Of a stretch of DNA of 64,000 nucleotides, positions 28,871 to 42,100 are shown piece by piece. Position numbers and translations under genes: made by a program. The DNA lies in NCBI RefSeq assembly GCF_964355755.1, contig NC_092676.1, forward strand, positions 17,750,871-17,814,870. The letters run 5' to 3'. Under the pieces are notes generated by a model that was not told the DNA's origin, did no database searches, and worked only from the letters and a program-made list of their open reading frames with translations. Every line of letters starts with the position of its first letter. Position 1 is the first letter of the stretch. The stretch is from Antedon mediterranea (Eukaryota; Animalia; Echinodermata).

Positions 28871-30183
28871 ATTTAAGGCCCAGTAGCAATTAGTGGGGAA
28901 TCTCTCACCATATTCAACACTTTCTGTAAACGAACGTTAATCAAGAGCCGTCATTCAAAGATTAAAAAAACCAGTAGTTTTTACTTCAGTTAATTGGGTT
29001 TTTTTCCGATGTGTTAAATTGCTAATTGCTGTTATAATGTTAAGTTTTTTAATAATACTCTAAAATGTATTAGTTTTTCTAGGCAGTTTTGTTGTTAAAA
29101 TAAAATTTAATATATATAATACTGTACTGATGTTTGACAGCTACAGTATACAGTTTTTGTGAGTGCCACCATTCCAAAGGTGAAGTATTTCATATTGTAA
29201 ATAAACTCTGTTTCTGGTATTTAATATCATACATACAGTAATGACCTCAGAATCAAAATATATTTTTGTTTTTTATTTTTTATAAAATTCAATGAATGAT
29301 AATCAATTTAATCACAGAATAAATTACCCATGGTATAGCTTACAGTCAGTGACATCACAAAGTAAAATTGATTATTGTCATTCCAATTAAATTTTTAGTC
29401 TTAAATATGTATTGTTCTGCCAAAAACATGTGTTTGACTGCTTATAAAACGAAAAACAAACAGTTACTGTACATTTAACCCAAAACCTGAAACAATTCAA
29501 CTTATTTTTGCCTTAATTTCAGGATTTTTCAGGGAACTATTTTTTTTTTTGTAATGCAATTTTTGGTTTAAAAGTGAATTGTTATGTGACATAAAATTGG
29601 CATATCAACAAAAAAATGTTAATGGTATTAGTAGTCTAGTCACTGGTCACAATACACAATGTTTTTCTATCAAGAATTATGAAATGAGACTTTCCAAGTT
29701 AATTTTGTCATTTCAGTTCATCAGCAAGTGTAAAAAAAATCATCTGGGCAATATCTGTATGTTATGCAAGGAGGGGTAAATCAACAACTTTTTTTATGGC
29801 CTTATTTAAAAAATTATGATGTGCAACAATGCAAGACACTTTTCTTTGAGAAATTGCAAAATAAATTGCTAAATTGCTCTTAAGTATTCTGTGTGCAATT
29901 ATCTAATTACATTTTTTACAACTTTAAATTGAGCAAAAATTGCAAATTATGCATATTCATGATCATTTAATGATTTGTTTTTTTTTTGTAAAGGGTTTCA
30001 GCTACCGGTATTTTAACTGCCAAGCAGGTTACAAAACAATTGCACAATTGAAAAAGAATTCACAAAACTAAAGTGTGAAAATTAAAAACAATTGGACAAA
30101 CACTCAAACAATCAGAACTCAGCAACACATTTTTAAAAAAGGATCACACAATTAATAACAAGAATTAGCAACTGTTATAATCT

Positions 30184-30430
30184 AATCAATCAATCAATGT
30201 ACTATTCTATTTACAAATAGATATTACACATTACATCAAACACAATGTTACAATCTATGATATGATGTATTGTAAGCCATGACTTGCATACTTACGGACT
30301 TCTTTTTTTAGTTTCTGGGGCTACAGAAGCTATACTCCTACCAATCCTACGCTGTTGGGTATTCCACGTGAAACTACCTTTCTTTCATATGCCGACCTTG
30401 TGCGCTTTAATTCTAAAAATTGTCAATGAA
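30184..30430 (-). mobile_element. LINE 3' remnant with (ATTG)n tail
   Basis: AATC repeats at 30184-30197 (the tail on the minus strand) follow degenerate RT C-terminal-like sequence (KGSFTWN). Confidence 0.35.
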
Positions 30431-30459
30431 ATTCTTTCATTATCCACCGACTGTTATGA

Positions 30460-31080
30460 TCGTCGCCCATGGTAGCTACACTTTATACGCATCATTGCTT
30501 CGGGTGGTTTCTTGTGTCGAACTTTATGACGTCACAGTACCTCGCCAGACGTCGCTCTGTGTTACTTACATTTATAACTAAAATATTATTTTAATTTTAC
30601 TGTATATTTAAGAGAACAAATGTAATTTGTATTATTTTTACCTTAATTTTATGATAAATGCCTAAATATACAAAAAATACCATTTTTAGTTAAATTAATT
30701 TTCACCAAAGACTACCGACGTCTGAAAAGAGCCTATTTTTCTAGCGGGGGTACGTACTTAAGTTTGTAGCTGTTATTTTGTGGTTCATGCCCCCTTATCT
30801 TGCTCGAAAATTATTGTAAACACACGGTTTATCGGTCAAGCGCTCAAGTTTGAAAAACAGAGAATTGGTTTCTTTAAATATTTTATTTTATTCTGGTTTG
30901 GTTTGTTCATTAACACCATCAAATATAACGCCAAAACGTGTGTTTATAATATCTTTACTTGGTGAACTTCATGCGTCGTTAACTAGGCCTAGCGCGAAGG
31001 GTAAACAGCTAAACATCGGGCGAACAAAAAGCCAAACCGACCGAGCTTCCAGCTTCGTTTATGTCTAGGAGTAGGCCTAG
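30460..31080. promoter_or_regulatory. CpG-enriched promoter region of the zinc-finger gene, with a perfect CRE
   Basis: Local CpG enrichment; TGACGTCA at 30527-30534; lies between the divergent LOXHD1 and zinc-finger genes. Confidence 0.45.
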
Positions 31081-31111
31081 CTATTTTTTTTAGGGCTGAA
31101 CATTTAGGACA

Positions 31112-34100
31112 ATGACTTCAAAAGATGATACAACTGAAGTATCTGATGAAGTTAGCTATTTTGGTAGTTGCAAAGAAGATGAATATTTTGAACTACGAAT
31201 TCCAGAAAACATTGTTGAATTACAACAAAAACAAACTCTTTCGAATCAAGATTTACATGAGTTTGGCCGGTTACAAGTTAACATTGAAAACTTGAAGGTT
31301 GAGGTGTTAAGGTGCAAGTTATGCAAGTATAGGTGCATATTTCGTGAGGAAATAATACACCACATGAAAAATGTCCACATTGTAGAAAAGGAGGATGTTT
31401 CATCCATTGCTGCAACAGTTGTTGATGTTCTCATGAAAGGCTTGTCATCTGAAGCTCAAAAGTCCCAAAATTATCTGGAGCTAAACACTGTTAATCCTGA
31501 AAATACGGCATCGGATAGTAACTCTGAAGTAAATTCTGTGAACTCTGTTGATCAAGATTTCAATGAATCTATTACCTCAGTTACTAATACTAGTACACAG
31601 CAAAATACCGAACATACATGTAGTAATGAGCCATCAGACAATATTGTGCTACAAGATGTAGTGGCAGATTTAGTTGTACAGGAAATGAACATAGAACATG
31701 ATGGACAGAAAAGTTGTCATTCATCGGCAAAAGCAGTGGACAGCTCAGTCACTATTAATTGTCAAACTAGTCCTATGTCAATCCAAAGTGGTACACAAGG
31801 ATTCAATCCTATTCTTCATTCAAAAGTTGATCTTTCAGCTATTGCAAAATCTGCTGCAGCGTGTAACCCGAAGGCTACCAAGATTACTGTTTTTCAACAT
31901 GTCATTGACTCTGAAACACCTACTGCCATTCACTTCCGTAAAAGTAGAAAGAGTGACGCCATCATACCGACTAATGATTCCCTAGGTATATTATCTCCAT
32001 TTTTAAACAAGGAATATCGTGGACAAAAGCATTTTGCCTGTGCACAATGCCACGCTCGATACAAAACCGAAAATGAATTAACAACCCACGTTGACAAGAA
32101 ACACAACCGTGGTGAATCTGTGCTCTGTGAAATATGTGGTTTGGAGTTTGCATCGCAGAGCAGTGCAAAATACCATGCATCACGTATGCATACGCCACAA
32201 TGTGAATTACTCAAGTGTGACAAGTGTGATTATGAGACAAGATTTGAAAAGCGATTAGAAATACACCGTGCCAGACATGAATCCGACTTTTTCTGTAACG
32301 TTTGTAAAAAGTCATATGTCAGCAATCAGAAACTTGAAAGGCACTTCCAGTCGCCATTGCATAAAAATTTTGTCAATCCACTTATTTGTGAACATTGCGG
32401 ATACAGCTCAAAGAAAAAAGACAACTTTTTGGTACATATGCGGAAACACACTGGTGAAAAACCTTACAAATGCAATCATTGTCCTTACGCTAGTGCCGAT
32501 GGCAGCACTCTTAAGGTAATTTTATGACACTGCATGTATAAAACTTAAAGGTTTGACAGTTACATTCAGCCATTTCAGCTCCTATATATAGTCATACACA
32601 TATACATACAAAGGTTAAAATATATAGATATGATCCTTCAGAAAGCTTTGTAAAAGACATTTGTACCTGACATTTTAAAAAGATAGCAGAAAAAAAATAG
32701 CAGATTTCATTTTTAGCTTAGTAATGTGGTGTTGGTTTATTGTTTCCAAAAAGAGCACATCTTATGGACAGTTTCTTGTATAGACCAGCAGCTTTTTAAA
32801 AAAATAATTTTATGTTTTTTTAACTTTGCAGAAACATGTTATGGCCAAGCATTCCAACATCAGACCATTCAAATGTCAATGGTGCAGCTTCTCATCTGTT
32901 GATAAGAAAGGTTTAACAGTTCATATTCGAAAGCACACGGGAGAGAGACCGTTCCAATGTAGCCATTGTAACTATGCTGCAAAAAGAAGAAGCGCCCTCA
33001 AGATTCACATGGAAACACACATACATGGTACAGATAAAAAAAGTGCTTCTACTAATGACCCAATGAAGGTACAGAACTGGTTTTGTGTAAAAATGTATTT
33101 TCGATTTTTATGTGATTTTTACAGTACTGTAGTTCACTTCACAAAAATGATTTAAAAATAAAATTATTATTATTAATATTATCATGTTTTTGGAGGGCAC
33201 AAAATCTTAAATTATTTTTTTGTAACTAAAGGTTAATTTTTTTTAGCATTACAAGAAATGTACATTTACATTTATGCTATTGTATTTTATATTACTACCT
33301 AGATTCTTAATAAAATTCTGCAAACTGAAGCAACACAAGTTGAACCTAAAGGGCCTCGGCAGCAACGGAAAAGTCTTCCAAGCAAGCACAAACAAATTCA
33401 AAGTGGCAAACAAAATCAAGTGGTTAGCTTGCAATCTCCAATAACAACATTACAAAACCAGGTACCTAACTCAGCGATAATGCAGAACCAGGCACCTAAC
33501 CCAGGTGTAATGATGGTCCAGGCAACCAGCACAGGTGCAATACAGAGTCAGCCACTCATTACAGGTGTAATGCAGAACCAAGTACCTAGAACAGGTGTAT
33601 TGCAGAACCAGACACCCATGGCAGGTGTATTGCAGACCCAGGCACCCAATGCAGGTGTAGTACAGGGTCAGCTATCTATCGCAGGTGTAATGCAGAACCA
33701 AGCACCCAGAACAGGTGTATTGCAGAACCAGACACCCATGGCAGGTGTATTGCAGACCCAGGCACACAATGCAGGTGTAGTACAGGGTCAGCTATCTATC
33801 GCAGGTGTAATGCAGAACCAAGCACCCAGAACAGGTGTATTGCAGACCCAGGCACCCAATGCAGGTGTAGTACAGGGTCAGCTATCTATCGCAGGTGTAA
33901 TGCAGAACCAAGCACCCAGAACAGGTGTATTGCAGAAACAGGCACCCAATGCAGGTGTAGCACAGGGTCAGCTATCTATCACAGGTGTAATGCAGAACCA
34001 AGCACCCAGAACAGGTGTATTGCAGAAACAGGCACCCAATGCGGGTGTAGCACAGGGTCAGCAACCCATCACAAGTGTAGTGCACATTCAGGCACCCAGT

Positions 34101-34376
34101 GCAGGTGGTATACAGGCCCATACACCCAGCACAGGTATAGTGGAGAGTCAGCCACTTGGTGCAAATGTAGTGCAGAATCAGGCATCTCATCCAGATGTAA
34201 TCAAGGATCAGATACCCAGCGCAGGTGTTGTTCAGGTACCCAGTGCAGGTGTTGTTCAGAATCAGCCACCCAGCACAGGTGTTGTTCAGAATCTGCCACC
34301 CAGCACAGGTGTTGTTCAGAATCAGCCACCCAGCACAGGTATCATAGAAAATCAGGAACCTATCACCCGGTGTTAA
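31112..34376 (+). CDS. C2H2 zinc-finger protein (~904 aa) with a C-terminal Gln-rich 10-aa tandem repeat
   Basis: Exons 31112-32515, 32832-33068 and 33303-34376, all with phase-0 GT-AG introns. Multiple CxxC-x12-HxxxH fingers with HTGEKPY/HTGERPF linkers; tail of GV[MLV]QNQAP[RN][TA] repeats. Confidence 0.9.
33450..34350 (+). repeat. Coding 30-bp tandem repeat with 90/120-bp higher-order units, in zinc-finger exon 3
   Basis: Units like GGTGTAATGCAGAACCAAGCACCCAGAACA repeat in frame about 30 times. Confidence 0.9.
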
Positions 34377-35103
34377 TCTTAGATCAAGTACCAAACACTA
34401 ATGTTAAGATAAAATACCCACACAGGTCGAATACAATTCCTAGGTGTAGCGGTATTATTATTTATATACTGTACCTGGTAAATGATTGATATATAAACCA
34501 TTTCTCTAATGTGCTATGTGGACTAGATGCGTGTTGAAATTCTCCAGTAAAGCTAACTTATCCAGGTACTGTGTAGAGCCATTACAGTGGCCCGGGGTAC
34601 CTTTTACTCATCACAAAAACTGCACTAGGTTTTTTGCAATTGTGTACACCAAACCCAAGTTATTGTGAAACGCCAATGTACAAGAGGAGTGTCAGATCAT
34701 TTAACTACCATTTCTCAACATACATGCATAACTGAATTATTTTAAATTGAGCTGATAAAACTAATATCCGTAATATACAGTACATGGGTGTTTCTAGATA
34801 TTTTAAAAGGGATTACTTCTATCCAATTTACATGGTCTGAAGCCACCCAAATCAAGACGTCCTAATTGATATTTCCTAAAAACTAATTTTACAATTCGCC
34901 CATGATGATAATAATGATTGTGTATACATTTTAAAATAAATTGAGAGTTGTTTAAGTTTTCTTGGTACTAGTTTTCTTGTAGAGCTTCAATATTACAAGT
35001 GTTTATTTTACTACACGTCTATACCCGACCAGTTTGGTCGCGATGTTGATGTGGCATTAGAAGGGTATTCGGCTGTCTCTGAGGAGTGACATACCATACT
35101 AGG

Positions 35104-38100
35104 TAGTAGAGCAGTTAGTGCCATAAAAATAGCCAAGTTGTGCACTTTATTACCAAAGCATGAAACTTGCCACAAAGTTTCTTTGATGTATATAGATTAA
35201 AAATATCGGGGGGTGCCAAGTGTCCAACGTCCGGTATGGCGGCCATCTTGATTTCAAAATGGCCACCATAAAAACAAAAAGTCTTCATATCTTGGCAACT
35301 ATAAACAGTAGAGACTTGATTCTGGTGTTAAATTGTTCACAAACCACATATTTCTATTTGCTCTAATGAAAAGTTTCGTCAAAAAATGACCGGAAATGAC
35401 GTTTCTCCCAGTTTGACCTTTGACCTCTTATCTGTATATCTCAGTAACTACTGATCATTTTCAATCGATTTTGGTGTCATTTTGTTCAGAATAGAGACAT
35501 TTATATTTGTAGTAATGAAACATTTTCACATAAAATGACTGAAAATACAATTTATAACCTTTGACATATATAATATGAGAACATACTGTATGTGGTTTAC
35601 ATTGGTATAAATGCACCTAATTTTTTTTAACGAAATAAATGACACTGCAAAAATGAGCAGGAATTATTATTCTGAATGTTTGACTTTTGATGTGATACGA
35701 TAGGCGTAAAGTATGACAGATCACTGAGAAACAGCAATCACTGAGCTCATCTATGCCGACTTGTTTGCTAAACTGTGATGTGTCAATCGTTAGATAAAAG
35801 TTTTGGTCCTCTCTCCATCATCTTTTTTTATGTATAAGACCATCCACAGACAAAGAAGGTGATGTAGGACCATCCACAGACAAAGAAGGGGGTGTCGGAC
35901 AATCCACAGACAAAGAAGGGGATGTAAGACCACCCACAGACAAAGAAGGGGGTGTAAGACCATCCACACACAAAGAATGGATTATAAGACCATCTACAGA
36001 CAAAGAAGGGGGTATAAGACCATCCACAGACAAAGAAGGGGGTATAAGACCATCCACAGAGAAAGAAGGAGGTGTAAGACCATCCACAGACAAAGAAGGG
36101 GTGTAAGACCATCCACAAACAAAGAAAGGGGTGTAATACCATCAACAGACAAAGAAAGGGGTTTAATACCATCAACAGACAAAAAAAGGGGTATAAGACC
36201 GTCCACAGACAAAGAAAGGGGTTCAAGACCATCCACAGACAAAGAAGGGGGTATAAGACCATCCATAGACAAAGAAGGGGGTATAAGACCATCCATAGAC
36301 AAAGAAGGGGGTGTAGGACTATCCACAGACAAAGAAGGGGGTGTAGGACCATCTACATACAAAGAAGGGAGTGTAGGACCATCCACAGACAAAGAAGGGG
36401 TGTAAGATCATCTACATACAAAGAAAGGGGTGTAAGATCATCCACAGACAAAGAAGGGGGTATAAGACCATCCACAGAAGGGGGTATAAGACCATCCACA
36501 GACAAAGAAGGGGTATAAGACTATCCACAGACAAAGAAGGGGTGTAAGACCATCCACAGACAAAGAAGGGGGTGTAAGACCATCCACAGACAAAGAAGGG
36601 GGTATAAGACCATCCATACACAAAGAAAGGGGTGTAAGGCCATCTACAGACAAAGAAGGGGGTGTAGGACCATCCACAGACAAAGAAGGGGGTGTAAGAC
36701 CATCCACAGACAAAGAAGAAAGGGGTGTAGGACCGTCCACAGACAAAGAAAGGGGTGTAAGGCCATCCACAGAGAAAGAAGGGGTGTAAGACCATCCACA
36801 GACAAAGAAGGGGTGTAAGACCATCCACAGACAAAGAAGGGGTGTAAGACCATCCACACAGAAAGAAAGGGGTGTAAGACCATCCAAACACAAAAAAGGG
36901 GGTGTAATACCATCAACAGACAAAGAAAGGGGTGTAATACCATCAACAGACAAGGAAGGGGATATAAGACCGTCCACAGGCACAGAATGGGTGTAAGACC
37001 GCCCACAGACAAAGAAAGGGGTGTAAGACCGTCCACAGACAAAGAAGGGGGTGTAGGACCGTCCACAGACAAAGAAGGGGGTGTAAGACCACCCACTGAC
37101 AAAGAAAGGGTATAGGACCACTTACAGACAAAGAAGGGGGTATAAGACCATCCACAGACAAAGAAGGTGATGTAGGACCATCCACAGACAAAGAAGGGGG
37201 TGTCGGACAATCCACAGACAAAGAAGGGGATGTAAGACCACCCACAGACAAAGAAGGGGGTGTAAGACCATCCACACACAAAGAATGGATTATAAGACCA
37301 TCTACAGACAAAGAAGGGGGTATAAGACCATCCACAGACAAAGAAGGGGGTATAAGACCATCCACAGAGAAAGAAGGAGGTGTAAGACCATCCACAGACA
37401 AAGAAGGGGTGTAAGACCATCCACAAACAAAGAAAGGGGTGTAATACCATCAACAGACAAAGAAAGGGGTTTAACACCATCAACAGACAAACAAAGGGGT
37501 ATAAGACCGTCCACAGACAAAGAAAGGGGTTCAAGACCATCCACAGACAAAGAAGGGGGTATAAGACCATCCATAGACAAAGAAGGGGGTATAAGACCAT
37601 CCATAGACAAAGAAGGGGGTGTAGGACTATCCACAGACAAAGAAGGGGGTGTAGGACCATCCACATACAAAGAAGGGAGTGTAGGACCATCCACAGACAA
37701 AGAAGGGGTGTAAGATCATCTACATACAAAGAAAGGGGTGTAAGATCATCCACAGACAAAGAAGCGGGTATAAGACCATCCACAGACAAAGAAAGGGGTA
37801 TAAGACCATCCACAGACAAAGAAGCGGGTATAAGACCATCCACAGACAAAGAAGCGGGTATAAGACTATCCACAGACAAGGAAGGGGGTTATAAGACCAT
37901 CCACAGACAAAGAATGGGGTATAAGACCATCTACAGACAAAGAAGGAGGGGTAGGACCATATTACCGAGGAAGCATAGGCCTACAAAAAAAAGATGCAAT
38001 CAAAATAGGCCTACCAGCCACTTGGAAAACACTAAATTGTAGAATAACTGAGGCTTGATTGTTGAAATATAAAGGGTTCTTTGTAAGGTCATTAATAATA

Positions 38101-38902
38101 TATTGATATAAACACGATCATCATACTATTCATTTGACATTCAAATACAGTCTATCTCGAAAAGAAGCTCATACTATCACCTTTTCGAGGTTTGACGGTA
38201 TTCCATAACATGTATGTATGTATGTCAAACTATTAAAACTTTTAGCGAATCAGAAGGTGCCAACATCATTGAACTATTAATGGTACCACCAAGCACAATG
38301 TTTACCAATTTTATGTACAATATACAATTTAAGTACATTAATCATTTAATATAATTACGCCTATCACGTCAAAGTTCAAAATTAGGTGCATTTAAGACCA
38401 CCAAAAACCACATACAGTATATTCACATAATTAAAAATCAATAATTAAATGTCAAAGGTCATAAATTGTATTTCCGGTCATTTTATGTGAAAATATTTCA
38501 TTACTACAAATATAAATGTATTTATTCTGAACAAAATGACACCAAAATCGATTGAAAATGACCAGTAGTTACAGAGATATACAAATACGAGGTCAAAGGT
38601 CAAACTGAAAGAAACGTCATTTCCGATCATTTTTGGACGAAAAGTTTCATTAGAGCAAATAGAAATATATAGTTTGTGAACAATTTGAGACCAGAATTAA
38701 GTCTCTAATGTGTATAGTTGCCAAGATATGAACATTTTTTGTTTTTATGGTGGCCATTTTGAAATCAAGATGGCCGCCATACCGGACGTTGGACACTTGG
38801 CACCCCCCGATATTTTGAATCTATATACATTATAGAAACTTTGTGCCAAGTTTCATGCTTTGGTAATAAAATGCACAGCTCATGTCATTAACTGCTCTAC
38901 TA
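35104..38902. mobile_element. Non-autonomous Academ-like DNA transposon with ~600-bp TIRs and an internal minisatellite
   Basis: Termini TAGTAGAGCAGTTA...TAACTGCTCTACTA with AGG on both flanks (35101-35103 and 38903-38905); ~35104-35710 is inverted to ~38355-38902. Confidence 0.88.
35831..37961. repeat. 30-bp minisatellite array (~70 units)
   Basis: Consensus GTAAGACCATCCACAGACAAAGAAGGGGGT; block ~35831-36445 recurs 1308 bp downstream. Confidence 0.97.
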
Positions 38903-39175
38903 AGGCTACTACTGATTCTCCAGTTGGAACGAGTAACATTGACATAAGATAAAAGGTGTAAAAGATTGGTATTCGAAATAGCTACAGTATTTTAAAGCAC
39001 ACACTAGATGAGCTAAATTGTTATCACAATGTAAACAACCAACCTATCATTTGTTTACAGTATTCGAAGTACACGAAATTAAGTTAAGACTAAACAAGGT
39101 TCTTTCTGTATAAGTTTAATCATTACTTTTGAGTTTACAATTCATTTGATAATGTCTTTTTGCAATGATTTAGAG

Positions 39176-42100
39176 TTATTCCTTGTCAACGACTGGAGGT
39201 TCTGGGCTTTTTGGCCGCTCCAACTGCTCTTCAGGTGTCTCTAATTTGCAATCGAAAGTCGATGTATTTAATACTATTTCTGCCGAGCTTGGCCGAGATA
39301 TCTCTGGCAGGTTACTACCTGTAGATCGTAGATCCGATGTCGCGATAATATCCTCTTCATTTACAGGTCGCAAACGGTTTTGATCAGACTGCGGGCGACT
39401 CAGTAACCGACCAGATGATGAGGATTTCAATTCAATGCTGGCTTGTTGCATTATACACTCTTCGACGTTTTCCGTATCCTTCGGAAACTTTTCGTCGGCG
39501 GCAACTGCTTCTACATTGTCCTCCTGTGATGTTGATGAAATCTGTTGCGCGGGGTTAATATTAACGTTTTGTTCATCTAGTTCTGTCATACTTTTTACAC
39601 AATCTTTGTTAGCGGTGTTCATAACATCTTTAGAAACATCTTGGCTTCTTTCATTATTGCCACACTCTGACGATGTTCGAGATTGCACAATATTATCTTT
39701 GATATTCGCAGATTGACAATCTGTTAACGATGAACTGGTTTTAGAGGATGTCTTCTTGTCCGGTTTCTGATTTTCGGTACACTGTGAAAGTGTTTTAGAT
39801 GAAGCCGTACTAAGCACGCACTTGCTTTTCTTATGACAGCTAGTTGACGATAAGACAGGTGCATCGATTGAAATCTTTACTTCATTTTTAGAAGGTGTTT
39901 TGTCTACATTTTCTGAACGCTTGTCATTCTGCTGTGATGTTTGGGAAGGTGTTTTGATCTTAACCGTATCGCCGATGATCTGAATATTGCTCTTTACAGA
40001 CTGACAACTTGAAGGTGTTTTAATGATACCATCTTTTTTCTCATCGTTGTTACTTTGTGAACATTTTCTAGTCTTGCTGTAACTCTTCGCAGAGTGGCAA
40101 GATGTTTTCGAAAAAGATTGGTCAACTTTATCTTGGGAAGATCTTTTGCCATTAAGATCTCTGCTACCATCACTCTGAGAGGAATTTTGACTCTTTGTAG
40201 ACTGGCAGCTTTGTGACGAACCTATCTTATGTTCGATAACACTCGCTTCTTCTTTTGCCATTGTGTCTACAAGGTTAGATGTGTTAGTTTCGCTGTGCGT
40301 TGATGAACTTCTAGACTGTGCAGTACTGCTTTTTCGTTTGCTACTTGATTTTCTTAAGTGGTTGACTGAACTACTAGATTTTACGCTTACCGTTCCACTT
40401 CCTTTTTTGGATACCTTGCTTGAACTTTGGCGAGAGCCTACACTTTGGATTTGTGACGATTGTCTTTGCGAATCGCGCCCTTTTTTAACTTCTTGCTCTA
40501 CATTAGGTTCAACCGCGATCGTAGAAGATAGTTTTTGTATTTTGATGGATGATGAAAGCTGGCTCTGATTTATGCTATGTATTGATTCACTAGCCTTCTT
40601 AGATGCTGATGTAGTGTAACGCTTATCTGATACATTCATTGGGATAGACTCATGACTTGTCTTTGACGCTTTTGTTGAAGCATTGACTTTAGTCGAATTT
40701 GCAGCGGAGAATCTGTTTGCGTCCACGCTTGATTTCGCACTTACCATGGCTGAATGTGAAATGTTACCGGATATTTTATTTCTATGACTGTTCTGTAGCG
40801 TAGATCTACTGGTATTATTAGATTTAGACTTTCCAGAGTATATCTCGGCAGCTGATGACGTATAGGTATCAGATTTGTGTCCTTTTTTAATGCTGGATAC
40901 ACTTTTCTGACAACTACTTAGAGACTTTGTAGATTTATTCACACCAACTTCTGATCTAACTTTTCTGTGTGATGAGTTTTTGGTAACAGGTCGTCGTAAT
41001 GAAGAGGAAGATGGATGTTCACGCTGATAAAAAAAAAAAGAAAGAGATTCATTAAAATCATCACTTTTTGACTCTCAATCATTACCAGGAGGCGTAGACA
41101 TATTCAGTTTAAACGTATTTTTAGTCTACATCTCCCTGTCGCTCGGTTGGTCGGTCGGGAAACACTAAATTTAAACTTGAGCACGCGACTGCAGCCATGT
41201 ATATGACCTTGTTATTCTTCTGCAAAATACCAGTGGCCGTATTCATCAATCTCACTTAGGCTAAGGGAAATCTTACCCTTAAAATTTACTTAGCACTCGT
41301 CAGCAAAACCAAGGTACGAATAGAAATAAGAGAACTTTTAAGGGACCTTGATGGCAAAATAGACCACGTTAAGGGTTTCCCTTATAGTCAGGTGGCTTAA
41401 CAACAAAAAATGAGGAAATCGTTACACATTGGACAAAAGCGCCAAATTTGGCATGGAGCTTCGTTGGGACCTACCAATTGATTTTTGCCTAGGAGCCACT
41501 CTGGTCGTAATTTATTTTTCAAGATGGCGGCCAAAATCCAAAATGGCCGCCAATAAATTGAAAAATCACATTTCATTTGTTGCAGAAGTTGCATATAGGC
41601 AAATGAACTATCAAAACATAAGTATTCATGGTCATTGAATCATATTTTAGACATGTTGCATGACATGGGTCATTCGTTGTTAAGATAGTGGCCAAAATCC
41701 AACATGGCTGCCAGTAGCCTAAACTGGAATATCATTCTGGTTGCAGAAATCGCATATAGGTATCAAACGAAGTTGGAAAACATGGAGTAGGCCTAATCAT
41801 GGTCATTGAAACATATTTTAGACATGGTACATAATATAGGTCACTCGTTGCAAAGATGGTGGGAAAAATCCAAAATGGCTGCCAGTAAACTAGGAAATCA
41901 CATACAATATCTGTGGACGGCAGAAGTAAATGTAAATGAAGTAACTGTAGTAAATGGTAGAGGTGGTATGTAAATTACAAGTAACTGTAAAAAAAATCGA
42001 TAAAAAAAAGTTATAACCAGTTCAGATTCTGAAACCACATACAATGTGGTATTTTGGGGAAAATAAAGATTGAGGGCGCTGTTCACATAAGTAAAAGTAC

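Noticed and set aside
35818-37879. Many long ORFs (up to 411 aa) on both strands
   Set aside because: They are by-products of a stop-poor 30-bp repeat; 29-bp units shift the frame and there is no gene context.
33450-37961. Possible common origin of the zinc-finger coding 30-bp repeat and the nearby 30-bp minisatellite
   Set aside because: They share only GGTGTAA and the period; an ungapped comparison by eye gave about 12/30 identity.
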